DNA of 64,000 nucleotides from an uncultured Flavobacteriaceae bacterium (GCA_943788165.1 CALSPF010000002.1:384909-448908); one strand, 5' to 3'. Shown: positions 37,803 to 47,908, numbered from the stretch's first letter. Numbers and translations: made by a program. Notes: a model not told the origin generated them from the sequence alone.

Positions 37803-38972
37803 TTAAGATTGCGTTACGTTAACCAATTGTTGGTCTTCGATTAGACGAATACCGTCTTCAACCAATAAATTTCCAGCCTGTAGACCACTTAAAACTTCTG
37901 TTTGATTGTTGGAAGATTTTCCTAACGTGACAAAGGTTTTTGCTGTTTTAAAAACACCTTCTTTTCCAGCGACTTCTTCTAGGATGTAAACGTAATACGC
38001 TCCTGCTTGGTCTTCTAAGATATTTTTAGAGGCGACCATTAGTGCTGTCGGATTTAGGTAGTCATTGACTCTCAATTGGACGGTCATGTTTGGTTTTAAA
38101 TCACCTTCTTGATTTTGCATTTCAATTTCAATACGAAAAGAACGGTTGTTGGGGTTGATAAAGTTTCCTACAGAAGAAATCTTGGCATTCAAGGATTTTC
38201 CAATAACAGGAATATCAACCACTACCGGGGTATTGACAGCAATATTTGGCAGATGTGATTCTGGAATAAAGGCACTCACCTTCATGTTATCTAGGTTAAT
38301 GATGCGAAGCACAGGGGTCATTCCTGGCACCATATTGCTTCCTGGATCTGCCATGATATGATCAACAATTCCGTCGAAAGGAGCAACAAGATTTGTTTTG
38401 TCCACTTGATCCTTCATTTGTGCTACACTTTTTTCTAAACTCTTGAATTGGGTTTTGGCTTGTAGGTATTGAATTTCTGAGCCAATTTTTTGTTCCCATA
38501 AGCGACTTTGACGCTTGTAGGTGGTTTGTGCTAGCTCCAATTGTAATTCCAATTGTTCCAGTTGGTCAATTAGTCCACTGTCTGAAAGGGTCGCCATGAG
38601 CTGCCCTTGTTTTACTTTTTGTCCCTCGCTAACATGGATGGTTTTCAAGAGTCCAGGAATTTCTGGATAAACCACAATATTTTTGTCCGTTTCAACGGTT
38701 CCTTGAAAGTCAACGTAGTGTGTGTATGAAGACGGGTTAACAGTGATGGAAGAGACCAAGAGAAATTTCTTTTGCGTGTCGACTTCACCAATGGCATTGT
38801 TCAATAAACCCAAATCAATTTGAAGTGCATTGATGGTTTTAACCACCTCTGTTTTCTTGGTTTGAATGGCGGCTAAATTACCTCCTTCAATGATTTTTGC
38901 TGTTGTTTGTTTGTCGGATGATCCACACTGGCCAAGGAAAATACTTGTGAATATGAGTAGCGTTTTTTTCAT
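37803..38972 (-). CDS. RND efflux periplasmic adaptor (HlyD/MFP family)
   Basis: Lipoprotein-like signal, coiled-coil hairpin region, barrel-sandwich motifs. Operon position supports the call. Confidence 0.88.
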   Translation of the reverse strand: MKKTLLIFTSIFLGQCGSSDKQTTAKIIEGGNLAAIQTKKTEVVKTINALQIDLGLLNNAIGEVDTQKKFLLVSSITVNPSSYTHYVDFQGTVETDKNIVVYPEIPGLLKTIHVSEGQKVKQGQLMATLSDSGLIDQLEQLELQLELAQTTYKRQSRLWEQKIGSEIQYLQAKTQFKSLEKSVAQMKDQVDKTNLVAPFDGIVDHIMADPGSNMVPGMTPVLRIINLDNMKVSAFIPESHLPNIAVNTPVVVDIPVIGKSLNAKISSVGNFINPNNRSFRIEIEMQNQEGDLKPNMTVQLRVNDYLNPTALMVASKNILEDQAGAYYVYILEEVAGKEGVFKTAKTFVTLGKSSNNQTEVLSGLQAGNLLVEDGIRLIEDQQLVNVTQS

Positions 38973-38979
38973 GATGAAA

Positions 38980-40311
38980 TTATTGTGTATTGTTGATGAT
39001 GGTGTCTAAAATTGTTTTTTCAAGGATAACTTGACGCATGCTTTGAATCGCATTTTGTTGGGCTTGGTATAATTGAAGCTGAGCTTGACGAAGGTCGAAG
39101 CTCCCTGAAAGGCCTTCGAAAAACTTAGTAGTATTTTTCTTTTCAATACGTTCGGCAAGGCTTAAATTCTCCAGCGCAGTGGTATATTCTTCTTTAGCGA
39201 GCGCAAAGTTGTTCATGGCATTTTGCCAGTTCACAAAGACTTGTGCTTTAACTTCGATGAGTTTAGTTTCTGCCTGTAAAGCAGATAATTTTGCTTTTTG
39301 GGAACTGGCCATTCGTCCAAAAGAACTAAAAATAGGTATCCTCATTTTAAACCCGAAAGCAGAGGCCCCAAACCATTTTTGGGTGGAATTGGTAAAACCA
39401 AACTCGTCATTGTTTCCCATATAACTTCCGTTGAGGAAAGCGCTAAAAGAAGGGAGGGCTTTTGCCCGTTCAAGGCGATACAAGAGACCTTCTGTGGTCA
39501 CTTCATTTTCGGCCAAACGAATGTCAATATTGTTGTCGTAATTCACTGTTGGGTCTTCCTCCAATAAATGTAGCGTTGCTAATTCTTCTAGGGAGTTCGA
39601 TAAGCTTGCTTGTTCTTCTAAGTCAATACCTAAAAGGAGTTTAAACACATTATCGGCAAGTTCGACGGATTTACGCATATAGCGAATTTGCGAATTAAGG
39701 CTTGAAAGGGTTAAGCGCAGTTGCTCTACCGTTTCTTCTTCTGCAAAGCCATTTTTGAACAATTGATGTGCCTCTTCTATATTTTCACCCAAGGCTGCAG
39801 CATTCTTTTCCAATACAGCAAGCGATTCTCTTGCGACAAGCGTATTGACATATGAAGTAACAATGGCCTTCTTAACTTCAATTTGGGTTTTTTCCAAGAC
39901 GTTCTCTGCGGTTTCAATAAAGTGACGAATGCCCTGAACACCGACCACATAGGTGCCGTCAAACAAGAGTTGATTTAACTCAATCATTCCCATGGCGGTT
40001 TGCTGGGTTCCGAAAACAACTTCGGAAAACTCCCCGGCTTGCCCACCAAACAGTTGTGCAGGAATAAGCGACACGGGTTGTTCAATATTGTTTTGGTAAA
40101 CAAGATTGGCTTGAATTTGCGGGAATCCAATGGAGAGGGTTTTCCACTTTTCTTTATGGGCTTTTTGCAACTCAATAGTGGCGCGTTTTAGGGTACGGTT
40201 ATAGTTCATTCCCCACTCGACCGCTTCATCGAGCGAGAAAGAGACGGGGGTGTCTTGGGCAACGCCAAGCAGGCCAGCCAAGAAAAAGACGTAAAGCAGG
40301 TTTTTTTTCAT
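38980..40311 (-). CDS. TolC-family outer-membrane efflux protein
   Basis: Signal peptide and duplicated coiled-coil/beta repeats. Operon position supports the call. Confidence 0.88.
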   Translation of the reverse strand: MKKNLLYVFFLAGLLGVAQDTPVSFSLDEAVEWGMNYNRTLKRATIELQKAHKEKWKTLSIGFPQIQANLVYQNNIEQPVSLIPAQLFGGQAGEFSEVVFGTQQTAMGMIELNQLLFDGTYVVGVQGIRHFIETAENVLEKTQIEVKKAIVTSYVNTLVARESLAVLEKNAAALGENIEEAHQLFKNGFAEEETVEQLRLTLSSLNSQIRYMRKSVELADNVFKLLLGIDLEEQASLSNSLEELATLHLLEEDPTVNYDNNIDIRLAENEVTTEGLLYRLERAKALPSFSAFLNGSYMGNNDEFGFTNSTQKWFGASAFGFKMRIPIFSSFGRMASSQKAKLSALQAETKLIEVKAQVFVNWQNAMNNFALAKEEYTTALENLSLAERIEKKNTTKFFEGLSGSFDLRQAQLQLYQAQQNAIQSMRQVILEKTILDTIINNTQ

Positions 40312-40920
40312 TTATTTTTGTTCAGTGGTTGCAATAAATTCATTCAATACCATGAGGCCTTTGGGGGTTACAATGGCCCGGGCATGGTATTCTAAATAAT
40401 TTTCAAAGAGTGTATTGATGTCAAATTGTGCGATGGGAAAAATATCGATATCTCGAATTCCACGCATCCCGTTCATATACAAACGCGAGACAAAATCAAC
40501 ATTGATATTGGGGCGAAAAAGCCCAGTTTTTATTCCTAAACTCAGGCTTGATTGTACCAAGACACCCAGGCGATTGTATTCTTCATCGCGGAGGTCGGCA
40601 TAGATTTCAGGGTAATATTTCTGAAGCTGATAGGCCGGCGAAGAAGATTCGTTTTGTAAGTATTTTAGGACAGCCGATTTGACACTGTAAAGCTCTTCGA
40701 TGGGATGAGCAGCTTTGATTTTAATGTCTTCGATTTCGCGGCATACACGATCAAAAACAAAATTAGCACTGTCACGCACCAGTTGTTCCTTGTTTTCGAA
40801 ATGTGTGTACAGTGTTTTTTTGGAAATAGCCATCGCTTCGGCAATGTCATCCATGGTTACACTTTTGAATCCTCTTTGAAGAAATAGTGTACTGGTTTTC
40901 TGTACAATAGATTCTTTCAC
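40312..40920 (-). CDS. TetR/AcrR-family transcriptional regulator
   Basis: HTH VTMDDIAEAMAISKKTLYTHF. I prefer GTG 40920 because a TActTTTG -7 box (40941-48) lies downstream of the track's TTG start at 40971. Confidence 0.85.
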   Translation of the reverse strand: MKESIVQKTSTLFLQRGFKSVTMDDIAEAMAISKKTLYTHFENKEQLVRDSANFVFDRVCREIEDIKIKAAHPIEELYSVKSAVLKYLQNESSSPAYQLQKYYPEIYADLRDEEYNRLGVLVQSSLSLGIKTGLFRPNINVDFVSRLYMNGMRGIRDIDIFPIAQFDINTLFENYLEYHARAIVTPKGLMVLNEFIATTEQK

Positions 40921-40940
40921 TTTTTCTTTTTTTTGTCTTG

Positions 40941-40988
40941 CAAAAGTACGGATGGAAACTTTAAAAACCAAATTAGTTTCTAAAGTTT
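40941..40988 (-). promoter_or_regulatory. Promoter (-7 TActTTTG) plus inverted-repeat operator candidate of the efflux operon
   Basis: caaaagta at 40941-48 is TACTTTTG on the minus strand. Inverted repeats GAAACT (40955-60) / AGTTTC (40975-80), and AAACTTTA (40956-63) / TAAAGTTT (40981-88). Confidence 0.35.
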
Positions 40989-41021
40989 ATTCAAGGATAA
41001 TCTCTAGCCATTTTTTTTGGC

Positions 41022-41029
41022 TATTTTTG
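41022..41029 (+). promoter_or_regulatory. -7 box (TAttTTTG) upstream of the polyprenyl synthase gene
   Basis: Exact TAnnTTTG match 15 nt upstream of GTG 41045. Confidence 0.35.
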
Positions 41030-41044
41030 TAAAAATACTTCACC

Positions 41045-42013
41045 GTGATTGCAAGCTACCAACAGGCTTTTTTAGCCTACTTAGAAGAAAGTTTAACTGA
41101 ACGAGTACCCAGTACATTATATGAACCTGCCAACTATATTCTGGGTTTAGGAGGCAAGCGTATACGTCCAGTTTTGGCCTTGCTGACGGCAGATGCCGTG
41201 GGGGGAGAATTTAAAAGCGCCTTGCCGGCCGCACTGGCAGTAGAGGTGTTTCACAACTTTAGTCTGGTGCACGATGACATCATGGACGAGGCGCCTTTGC
41301 GAAGAGGGAAACCCACCGTTCACGAAAAGTGGAATGCCAATACCGGTATTTTGTCGGGAGATGTGATGCTGGTCATGGCATATGAATGTTTGAACGACTA
41401 CCCCCCAGCATTGTTTGCCGAGCTAACACAATTGTTGAGTAAAACCGCTCGCGAGGTTTGTGAGGGACAACAGTACGACATGGATTTTCCCTTACAAGAA
41501 AATGTTTCTCAGGAAGAATACCTAAAAATGATTCGCATGAAAACCGCTGTATTGCTGGGCTGCTCCCTACAAATGGGTGCCATGATTGGCGGATTGAGTC
41601 GCAGTGAGAGCGAACCATTTTATGCCTTTGGGATACAACTTGGACTTGCCTTTCAACTGCAAGATGATTACCTCGATGCTTTTGGAGACCCAGCTACTTT
41701 TGGGAAGCAAGTGGGTGGAGATATCATTGAAAACAAGAAAACACTTTTGTACTTACTAGCCCTTGAAAAGGGGGATGAAGCGCAGCGTTCCAAACTCATG
41801 GACTTGTTTACAACCACCCCAGAAGATTCGACAGAAAAAATAGAAAAGGCAAAAGCAATTTTTCGGTCAACAGGAGCAGATAACTCCATTCAAGCATTGA
41901 TGGAAACTTACACGCAAAATGCCTTAAAAGAGGTAGAGAAATTCAAAATTTCTTCAGAAAAGAAAGCAGCGTTTAAAGCCTTTTCGGTACAGTTGATGGA
42001 GCGAAAGCTATAA
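41045..42013 (+). CDS. Polyprenyl diphosphate synthase (GGPP/FPP synthase type)
   Basis: Asp-rich motifs LVHDDIMD and LQDDYLD. GTG start. Confidence 0.88.
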   Translation: MIASYQQAFLAYLEESLTERVPSTLYEPANYILGLGGKRIRPVLALLTADAVGGEFKSALPAALAVEVFHNFSLVHDDIMDEAPLRRGKPTVHEKWNANTGILSGDVMLVMAYECLNDYPPALFAELTQLLSKTAREVCEGQQYDMDFPLQENVSQEEYLKMIRMKTAVLLGCSLQMGAMIGGLSRSESEPFYAFGIQLGLAFQLQDDYLDAFGDPATFGKQVGGDIIENKKTLLYLLALEKGDEAQRSKLMDLFTTTPEDSTEKIEKAKAIFRSTGADNSIQALMETYTQNALKEVEKFKISSEKKAAFKAFSVQLMERKL

Positions 42014-43201
42014 TTGAAAAAGGCGCTTTAAGAGGGCAATAACAAAACGTTTAACGGGGAAAGAACGCATAATGGCTACATCTTGCCACAAACTTGTTTT
42101 CTCTTCAAGAAAAGCAAAGATCCGTTTAGATGGATTGTTTTGGAACATTTGTTTGAAGAGTAGACTTCCTTCCTCATTGTATTTTGCTAAAACATCCAAA
42201 AATAAGAGGTCGTAAAAGGTATACTTTGATTTTTGTTTAAACTCGTTAAGTGGCTTGTCTTTTTTTAGAAAGGCAATAAGTTGATCTACTTTACGAACAG
42301 ATTTTTGAAAGGTATAGCCGGTACTTGCTTTTGTCCAACCCCCAGCTGTTCCGATATGCATTAGGTTAGTAGTATTGTGTTGACTGAAATCATAAGCGGT
42401 CATGGGGATGCTTCCTTTCTCGGTTTCAGTAATGCTAAAGTCCCCTGCTTTTTTGTCTTTTAAATAGTCCTGAATGGCTACTTCATATTCCTTATTTTCT
42501 AACAAGTCTTTAGAAAAAAGAGTATACTCAACCAAGGCTTCATGTTTGGAAAAGGGTAACACATACATAAAGCGGGTCTTGTTTTTTTGTGGGACCTCAA
42601 AATCCATGAATATGACTGATTGGGGATCAAAAATGGGTACTTTGGTTTTGACTATCCACCCAATAAAATGCTGTTGTAAAACAGGAAAACGTATTTGATT
42701 TTTATATGCTGTTGTGGGAATACTCGAAAATACTTGGGAAGCAGAATAGGTTGTTGAAGTGGTGCGAACAATGCAGTTTTCTCGGCTGGAAATAATATCT
42801 TCTATTTCTTCTTGTAGGAAATGCAGGTTTTTGTTTTTCTTGAGTTGGGGATATAGTTTTTGGTAGAAGTCGATCCCTTTGATCATTTTGTATTTGTAGG
42901 GTGCAAGGTCAAATTCAGAAAGATATCCGTCTGCTTTAAAGACAGCTTTTCCCCATGTGTTAGATACAATTTCATCCCATTTTCCAGCGCCCTCTTCCCA
43001 ATAACACCAGGTTCGGTCATTGATGTTTTTCTTCTCTTTTTCAATGATTGCTATGCGAAGATGAGTGAATGCTGTATCGTTGGACAGTGCATTTGCCAAA
43101 AGGAGACCAGCAGCCCCCCCGCCACAAATTACGACATCAAAGAATTTATTTTTTTCCACTGAAACCAAAAATAAGGAAATGGATTGGATAGCCTGCTCCA
43201 T
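42008..43201 (-). CDS. crtY: Lycopene cyclase (CrtY-type)
   Basis: N-terminal FAD fold DVVICGGGAAGLLLA, and a length and overall sequence typical of the lycopene beta-cyclase family. Confidence 0.7.
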   Translation of the reverse strand: MEQAIQSISLFLVSVEKNKFFDVVICGGGAAGLLLANALSNDTAFTHLRIAIIEKEKKNINDRTWCYWEEGAGKWDEIVSNTWGKAVFKADGYLSEFDLAPYKYKMIKGIDFYQKLYPQLKKNKNLHFLQEEIEDIISSRENCIVRTTSTTYSASQVFSSIPTTAYKNQIRFPVLQQHFIGWIVKTKVPIFDPQSVIFMDFEVPQKNKTRFMYVLPFSKHEALVEYTLFSKDLLENKEYEVAIQDYLKDKKAGDFSITETEKGSIPMTAYDFSQHNTTNLMHIGTAGGWTKASTGYTFQKSVRKVDQLIAFLKKDKPLNEFKQKSKYTFYDLLFLDVLAKYNEEGSLLFKQMFQNNPSKRIFAFLEEKTSLWQDVAIMRSFPVKRFVIALLKRLFQL

Positions 43202-43251
43202 TCGAATTAAAAATCCCTAATTTTGTACAGAATTTCAGTAGGATTAAAGAT

Positions 43252-44067
43252 ATGGAAGAGATTATTGCGTTTTTTGAAAAAACCGACCCAGTATTAGGCG
43301 CATTTTATGCTACTCTTTTTACTTGGGGTTTGACGGCCCTTGGTGCCTCGCTTGTATTTTTTGTTAAGGAGTTGAATCGTGTTGTTCTCGATGGCCTCCT
43401 TGGTTTTACGGGAGGTGTTATGGTGGCAGCGAGTTTTTGGAGTTTATTGGCTCCGGGAATCGAAATGAGTCCTGGAGAAGGATTTGTTAAGGTAATGCCT
43501 GCCGCAATTGGATTTGGTTTAGGCGCCTTGTTTATTTTTGCCTTGGACAAAGTGCTTCCACATATTCACATTAATTTCAAAGAAAGCGAAGGAATTAAAA
43601 CACCGTGGCACCGGACTACCCTTTTGGTGTTGGCCATTACCTTACACAATATCCCAGAAGGTTTAGCTGTTGGTGTTCTATTTGGGGGAGTTGCCGCTGG
43701 CTTACCCGAGGCATCCATTGCTGGAGCTGTAGTCTTGGCGCTTGGAATTGGGATCCAGAATTTACCCGAAGGAATTGCGGTTTCTATGCCCCTACGTAGA
43801 CAGGGTGTGAGTCGTTTTAAAAGTTTTTGGTATGGACAACTTTCTGCTATTGTTGAGCCCATTGCGGCTGTTATAGGTGCAGTAGCGGTTACTTTTTTCA
43901 CGCCAATTTTGCCTTATGCCCTTGCCTTTGCTGCTGGTGCAATGATTTTTGTGGTGGTGGAAGAAGTTATTCCTGAAACCCAGCAAGACAAATACACCGA
44001 TATTGCCACGCTTGGTTTTATAGGAGGTTTTATCGTGATGATGTCTTTGGACGTAGCCTTGGGTTAA
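43252..44067 (+). CDS. ZIP-family divalent metal transporter
   Basis: HNIPEGLAVG and IQNLPEGIAVS motifs; polytopic membrane protein. Confidence 0.88.
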   Translation: MEEIIAFFEKTDPVLGAFYATLFTWGLTALGASLVFFVKELNRVVLDGLLGFTGGVMVAASFWSLLAPGIEMSPGEGFVKVMPAAIGFGLGALFIFALDKVLPHIHINFKESEGIKTPWHRTTLLVLAITLHNIPEGLAVGVLFGGVAAGLPEASIAGAVVLALGIGIQNLPEGIAVSMPLRRQGVSRFKSFWYGQLSAIVEPIAAVIGAVAVTFFTPILPYALAFAAGAMIFVVVEEVIPETQQDKYTDIATLGFIGGFIVMMSLDVALG

Positions 44068-45125
44068 TTTCCTTGTTCTTCTTCCTCTTGGTGACTTGTC
44101 CAACCTTGTGCAGTCAATTCAATTTGCTGCCCTAAACCGGTCACTAAATTACAGCCAACAGCTTTCTCGGTTACATGGCCAATTACAGAGAGTAAGGGAT
44201 GGTTTTTAATGGCCTCGAAATGAGATTGATCTACCGTAAACAATAGTTCATAATCTTCTCCACCGTTCAAAGCTGCTGTGGTGTTGTTGATGGCAAATTC
44301 TTTGCAGATACCCAAAACTTCCGGATCAATAGGAATTTTATCTTCATAGATCTGGCAACCCACACTAGACGCCTTAGCCAAATGCAATAGTTCAGAAGAC
44401 AATCCGTCGCTGATGTCGATCATTGAAGTAGGAACAATATTTAATTCGTCCAAGAGCTCAACGATGTCTTTTCTCGATTCAGGTTTTAGCTGACGTTCGA
44501 TAGAATACGCATAGGTAGATAAATCGGGTTGAGATTGCGGGTTCACTTTAAAGACCGCTTTTTCTCGTTCCAAAACTTGAAGCCCCATATAAGCACCACC
44601 TAAATCTCCAGATACCACAATTAGGTCATGTTCTTTTGCACCAGAGCGATAGGTTATTTTTTCTTCTTTTGCTGTTCCTATGGCTGTAACAGAAATGATT
44701 AAGCCTGTTTGAGATGTGGTCGTGTCACCGCCAACTAAATCTACTTTATAGCGCGAGCAGGCGTGTCCAATTCCCGCATAAAGTTCTTCTATAGCTTCAA
44801 CGGGGAAACGATTTGAAATTGCGATGCTAACTGTGATTTGTGTGGGCAGGGCATTCATGGCAAAAATATCTGACAAATTCACCATTACGGCTTTGTAGCC
44901 CAAGTGTTTTAGGGGCATATAGCTAAGGTCAAAATGCACACCCTCTACCAAGAAATCGGTAGAAACCACCGTTTTATCGGCATGATCAAGAACGGCTGCG
45001 TCGTCGCCAATTCCTTTGATGGAGGTGGGGTCTTGGATCCCAAAGTTTTCTTTTATCTTTTCGATGAGTCCAAATTCTCCTAAGCTAGCGATGGACGTGG
45101 TCGCTGTTTTTTTTTCTTCAAACAT
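44064..45125 (-). CDS. thiL: Thiamine-monophosphate kinase
   Basis: LGEFGLIEKI...GIGDDAAVL...LVEGVHF, AIR-synthase-like fold. Start moved to MFEEKK (45125). Confidence 0.88.
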   Translation of the reverse strand: MFEEKKTATTSIASLGEFGLIEKIKENFGIQDPTSIKGIGDDAAVLDHADKTVVSTDFLVEGVHFDLSYMPLKHLGYKAVMVNLSDIFAMNALPTQITVSIAISNRFPVEAIEELYAGIGHACSRYKVDLVGGDTTTSQTGLIISVTAIGTAKEEKITYRSGAKEHDLIVVSGDLGGAYMGLQVLEREKAVFKVNPQSQPDLSTYAYSIERQLKPESRKDIVELLDELNIVPTSMIDISDGLSSELLHLAKASSVGCQIYEDKIPIDPEVLGICKEFAINNTTAALNGGEDYELLFTVDQSHFEAIKNHPLLSVIGHVTEKAVGCNLVTGLGQQIELTAQGWTSHQEEEEQGN

Positions 45126-45199
45126 TTTACAAAAATACATTCTTTTAGCGATCTAGAGAATTCTGTTACCGCCTCTTTTGGTAGGATATTTGATAAGTT

Positions 45200-45207
45200 T
45201 ATCTTTG
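45200..45207 (+). promoter_or_regulatory. -7 box (TAtcTTTG) upstream of the choice-of-anchor B gene
   Basis: Exact TAnnTTTG match 16 nt upstream of TTG 45224. Confidence 0.35.
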
Positions 45208-45223
45208 GTAAAAACCATTTCCT

Positions 45224-46510
45224 TTGAAAAAAGTTACTTCATTTATTTTTTTAGTCTTCTTTCTTCTTGTTCAATGTTCACTGTTGGAAGATGAAGATCC
45301 CATGATTGACATTCCTGTAGTCGTCATTCCTGACACGCCAACGCCAACGCCTGTTGACCCTCCTGCGGTAGTTGAGGTGATTGCCGATCAAGTTCCTTGT
45401 GACAATGGTTTTTCAGGTAGCTACCCTTGTAGCAATTATGATTTGATCAATCGGGTGAGTCTTTCTATTTTTCAGAGTGACTTTGCCAATGACAATTGGG
45501 GCTGGACCGATTCCGAGACCGGAAAAGAATATGTATTACAGGGCTTAAATGACGGAACTGCTTTTGTGGATATATCGTCTCCAACATCGGTACGCTATAT
45601 TGGAAAATTGGCTACGGCGACGGAGGAAAGTACTTGGCGCGACATCAAGGTGTATAACAACCATGCCTTTGTTGTGAGTGAAGCAGCAGATCACGGTCTA
45701 CAAGTTTTTGATCTTACTCGCTTGAGAGATCAAACTGTATTTCAACAGTTTACGGCAGATGCCACCTTGACTAGTTTTGGGAATGCACACAATATAGCCA
45801 TCAATGAGTCCAGTGGCTATGCTTATGTGATTGGCGCAGATCCCTACAATGGCGGACCTATGTTTATCGATATTTCTTCACCCACCGCTCCTGTGGTTAT
45901 GGGGGGCTATGGCGGCTCTTCTTATACGCATGATGCCCATATTGTTACCTATGCTGGGTCCGAACCTGATTACCAAGGTAGGGAAATTTTGTTTGGCAGT
46001 AACAGTGATGGCGGGGACAACAATCAAGTGGTGATTGTAGATGTCACCGATAAGGCTGCACCGCGCTTAATTTCCAATGCAACTTACAGTAATGGTGGAT
46101 ATACTCATCAAAATTGGATTGATGAAAACCATCGTTATTTATATGTTGGCGATGAACTGGATGAGCGGCGTTTTGGGAATCAAACCAAAACCTTGGTCTT
46201 TGATTTGGAAGATTTGGATAACCCGTCCCTTCATTATTCGTATGCTGGAGTCACTTCAGCTATTGATCACAACGGTTACACCAAAGGAAATTCTTTTTTT
46301 ATTGCCAACTATACCGCGGGCTTTAGAGAAATTGACATTGAAAATATTGCGGCAGAAACAATGACAGAAATCGGTTTTTTTGATACATATCCAGAAAACA
46401 ACAACAATAGTTTTAATGGAGTTTGGAATGTATATCCCTATTTTGACAGCGGAGTAATTGCCATTAGTGACAGCAATAGAGGTTTGTTTTTAGTCCAGCG
46501 ATCCAATTAA
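45224..46510 (+). CDS. Choice-of-anchor B / LVIVD-repeat family secreted protein
   Basis: Lipoprotein-like signal (LVFFLLVQCS), Pro/Thr linker, then VPCDNGFSGSYPCSNYDLINRVSL, typical of the choice-of-anchor B domain (from memory). Beta-propeller-like remainder. Confidence 0.7.
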   Translation: MKKVTSFIFLVFFLLVQCSLLEDEDPMIDIPVVVIPDTPTPTPVDPPAVVEVIADQVPCDNGFSGSYPCSNYDLINRVSLSIFQSDFANDNWGWTDSETGKEYVLQGLNDGTAFVDISSPTSVRYIGKLATATEESTWRDIKVYNNHAFVVSEAADHGLQVFDLTRLRDQTVFQQFTADATLTSFGNAHNIAINESSGYAYVIGADPYNGGPMFIDISSPTAPVVMGGYGGSSYTHDAHIVTYAGSEPDYQGREILFGSNSDGGDNNQVVIVDVTDKAAPRLISNATYSNGGYTHQNWIDENHRYLYVGDELDERRFGNQTKTLVFDLEDLDNPSLHYSYAGVTSAIDHNGYTKGNSFFIANYTAGFREIDIENIAAETMTEIGFFDTYPENNNNSFNGVWNVYPYFDSGVIAISDSNRGLFLVQRSN

Positions 46511-46515
46511 TTCAC

Positions 46516-47856
46516 ATGAGATATCGCAGCGTTTTTATTGTTTTCTTTTTCTTGGCCGTTGGGTGCGAAAACACACCATTGTCAGAATCGGTTCCTGTGT
46601 CGACCAAGCACGCTCTTCAATGGGTGCAACTTTTTGGTGGATCAGCAGAAGATATTGCTCATGCCGTGATTGCCACCAGTGATGGTGGTTTTGCTGTGTT
46701 GGGAAACACCAAAAGTACCAACGGAGACATTCAAGATAAAACCGTGGAGGTTTCTGATCTGCTTTTGATTAAATATTCGGCAACTGCCCAACTAGAATGG
46801 TCCAAAACCTATGGGGGGTCTTTGGATGACCGTGGATATTCGTTGGTTCAAATGCCAGACGGCGGTTATGCGCTTTTGGGCTATTCCATGAGTAGTGATA
46901 TTGATGCCTCAAACAACGAAGGGCAGCACGATAATTGGGTTTTGCGTGTTGATGCACAAGGAGAATTGATGTGGGAAAAGAGCTTTGGTTTCTCTGGGCA
47001 CGACCACGCCTATTCAATCATTGCCACCCATGATGGAGGTTTGTTATTCAATGGTTTTTTGGATGTTACTTCTTCGGGAGGTTTGGGGAGTACGTCCAAA
47101 GGCGGAAGACATGGTGTGGGCGAATTTTGGGTTCACAAGATAGATACCTCTGGCAATATTCAATGGCGTCGCTTTTATGGAGGAACAAGCAACGACCGCT
47201 CTTATGCAGCCGTAGAAACAGATGAAGGCGATTTTGTAATCGTAGGAACAACAGAAAGCACCGATGTTGACATTAGTTCTCCCCGTGGTGATTATGATGT
47301 GTGGGTGATCAAAATTGCGACAGATGGAACCTTACTGTGGGAGCGCTCTTTTGGTGGAACGGAATATGAAGGGTCAAATGCGGTCTGGCTCGACAGCAAG
47401 CAAGTTTTACATGTGTTTGGTAACACCTTCAGTACCGACAAAGACATTTCTTCTCCCTTGGGGAGCTCTGATTTTTGGTTGATTTCTGTCGACCAAAGTG
47501 GAAACTTATTGACCGAAAACACCTTTGGCGGAACAGCTTTTGATTTAGGTCGCGATTTGTTGATTGACCAACACAATCAATTTTGGTTGACCGGTTACAG
47601 TCGGAGTAGTGACATAGATCTATTTGAAAATCAAGGAGATAATGACATAGTTTTACTTCAGTTAGATCAAAATAAATTCCCAAAGCAACATTTTTCTTTG
47701 GGAGGGAGCGGCCTTGATATTGCTCATGCAATTGTTGAATTGCCTCTGGGCGGAATTCTAGTGGTTGGGAGTACAGAAAGTGTTGACGGACCCTTTGCCA
47801 ATAACCGCGGAGACAAGGATATCTTCTTGGCGCACTGGGATGCGATTTTGGAATAG
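46516..47856 (+). CDS. Repeat-containing lipoprotein (about eight ~50-aa beta-propeller-like repeats)
   Basis: Signal LAVGCEN. Recurrent pattern W.k.fGGs..D.a.s...t.DGG....G.t.S.d.D.....G..D.w..k.d..G...W. Confidence 0.7.
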   Translation: MRYRSVFIVFFFLAVGCENTPLSESVPVSTKHALQWVQLFGGSAEDIAHAVIATSDGGFAVLGNTKSTNGDIQDKTVEVSDLLLIKYSATAQLEWSKTYGGSLDDRGYSLVQMPDGGYALLGYSMSSDIDASNNEGQHDNWVLRVDAQGELMWEKSFGFSGHDHAYSIIATHDGGLLFNGFLDVTSSGGLGSTSKGGRHGVGEFWVHKIDTSGNIQWRRFYGGTSNDRSYAAVETDEGDFVIVGTTESTDVDISSPRGDYDVWVIKIATDGTLLWERSFGGTEYEGSNAVWLDSKQVLHVFGNTFSTDKDISSPLGSSDFWLISVDQSGNLLTENTFGGTAFDLGRDLLIDQHNQFWLTGYSRSSDIDLFENQGDNDIVLLQLDQNKFPKQHFSLGGSGLDIAHAIVELPLGGILVVGSTESVDGPFANNRGDKDIFLAHWDAILE

Positions 47857-47908
47857 CCCTATTGGCTTTATCTATAGGTAAATACTAGCCATACTAAGTG
47901 AAATGCCG

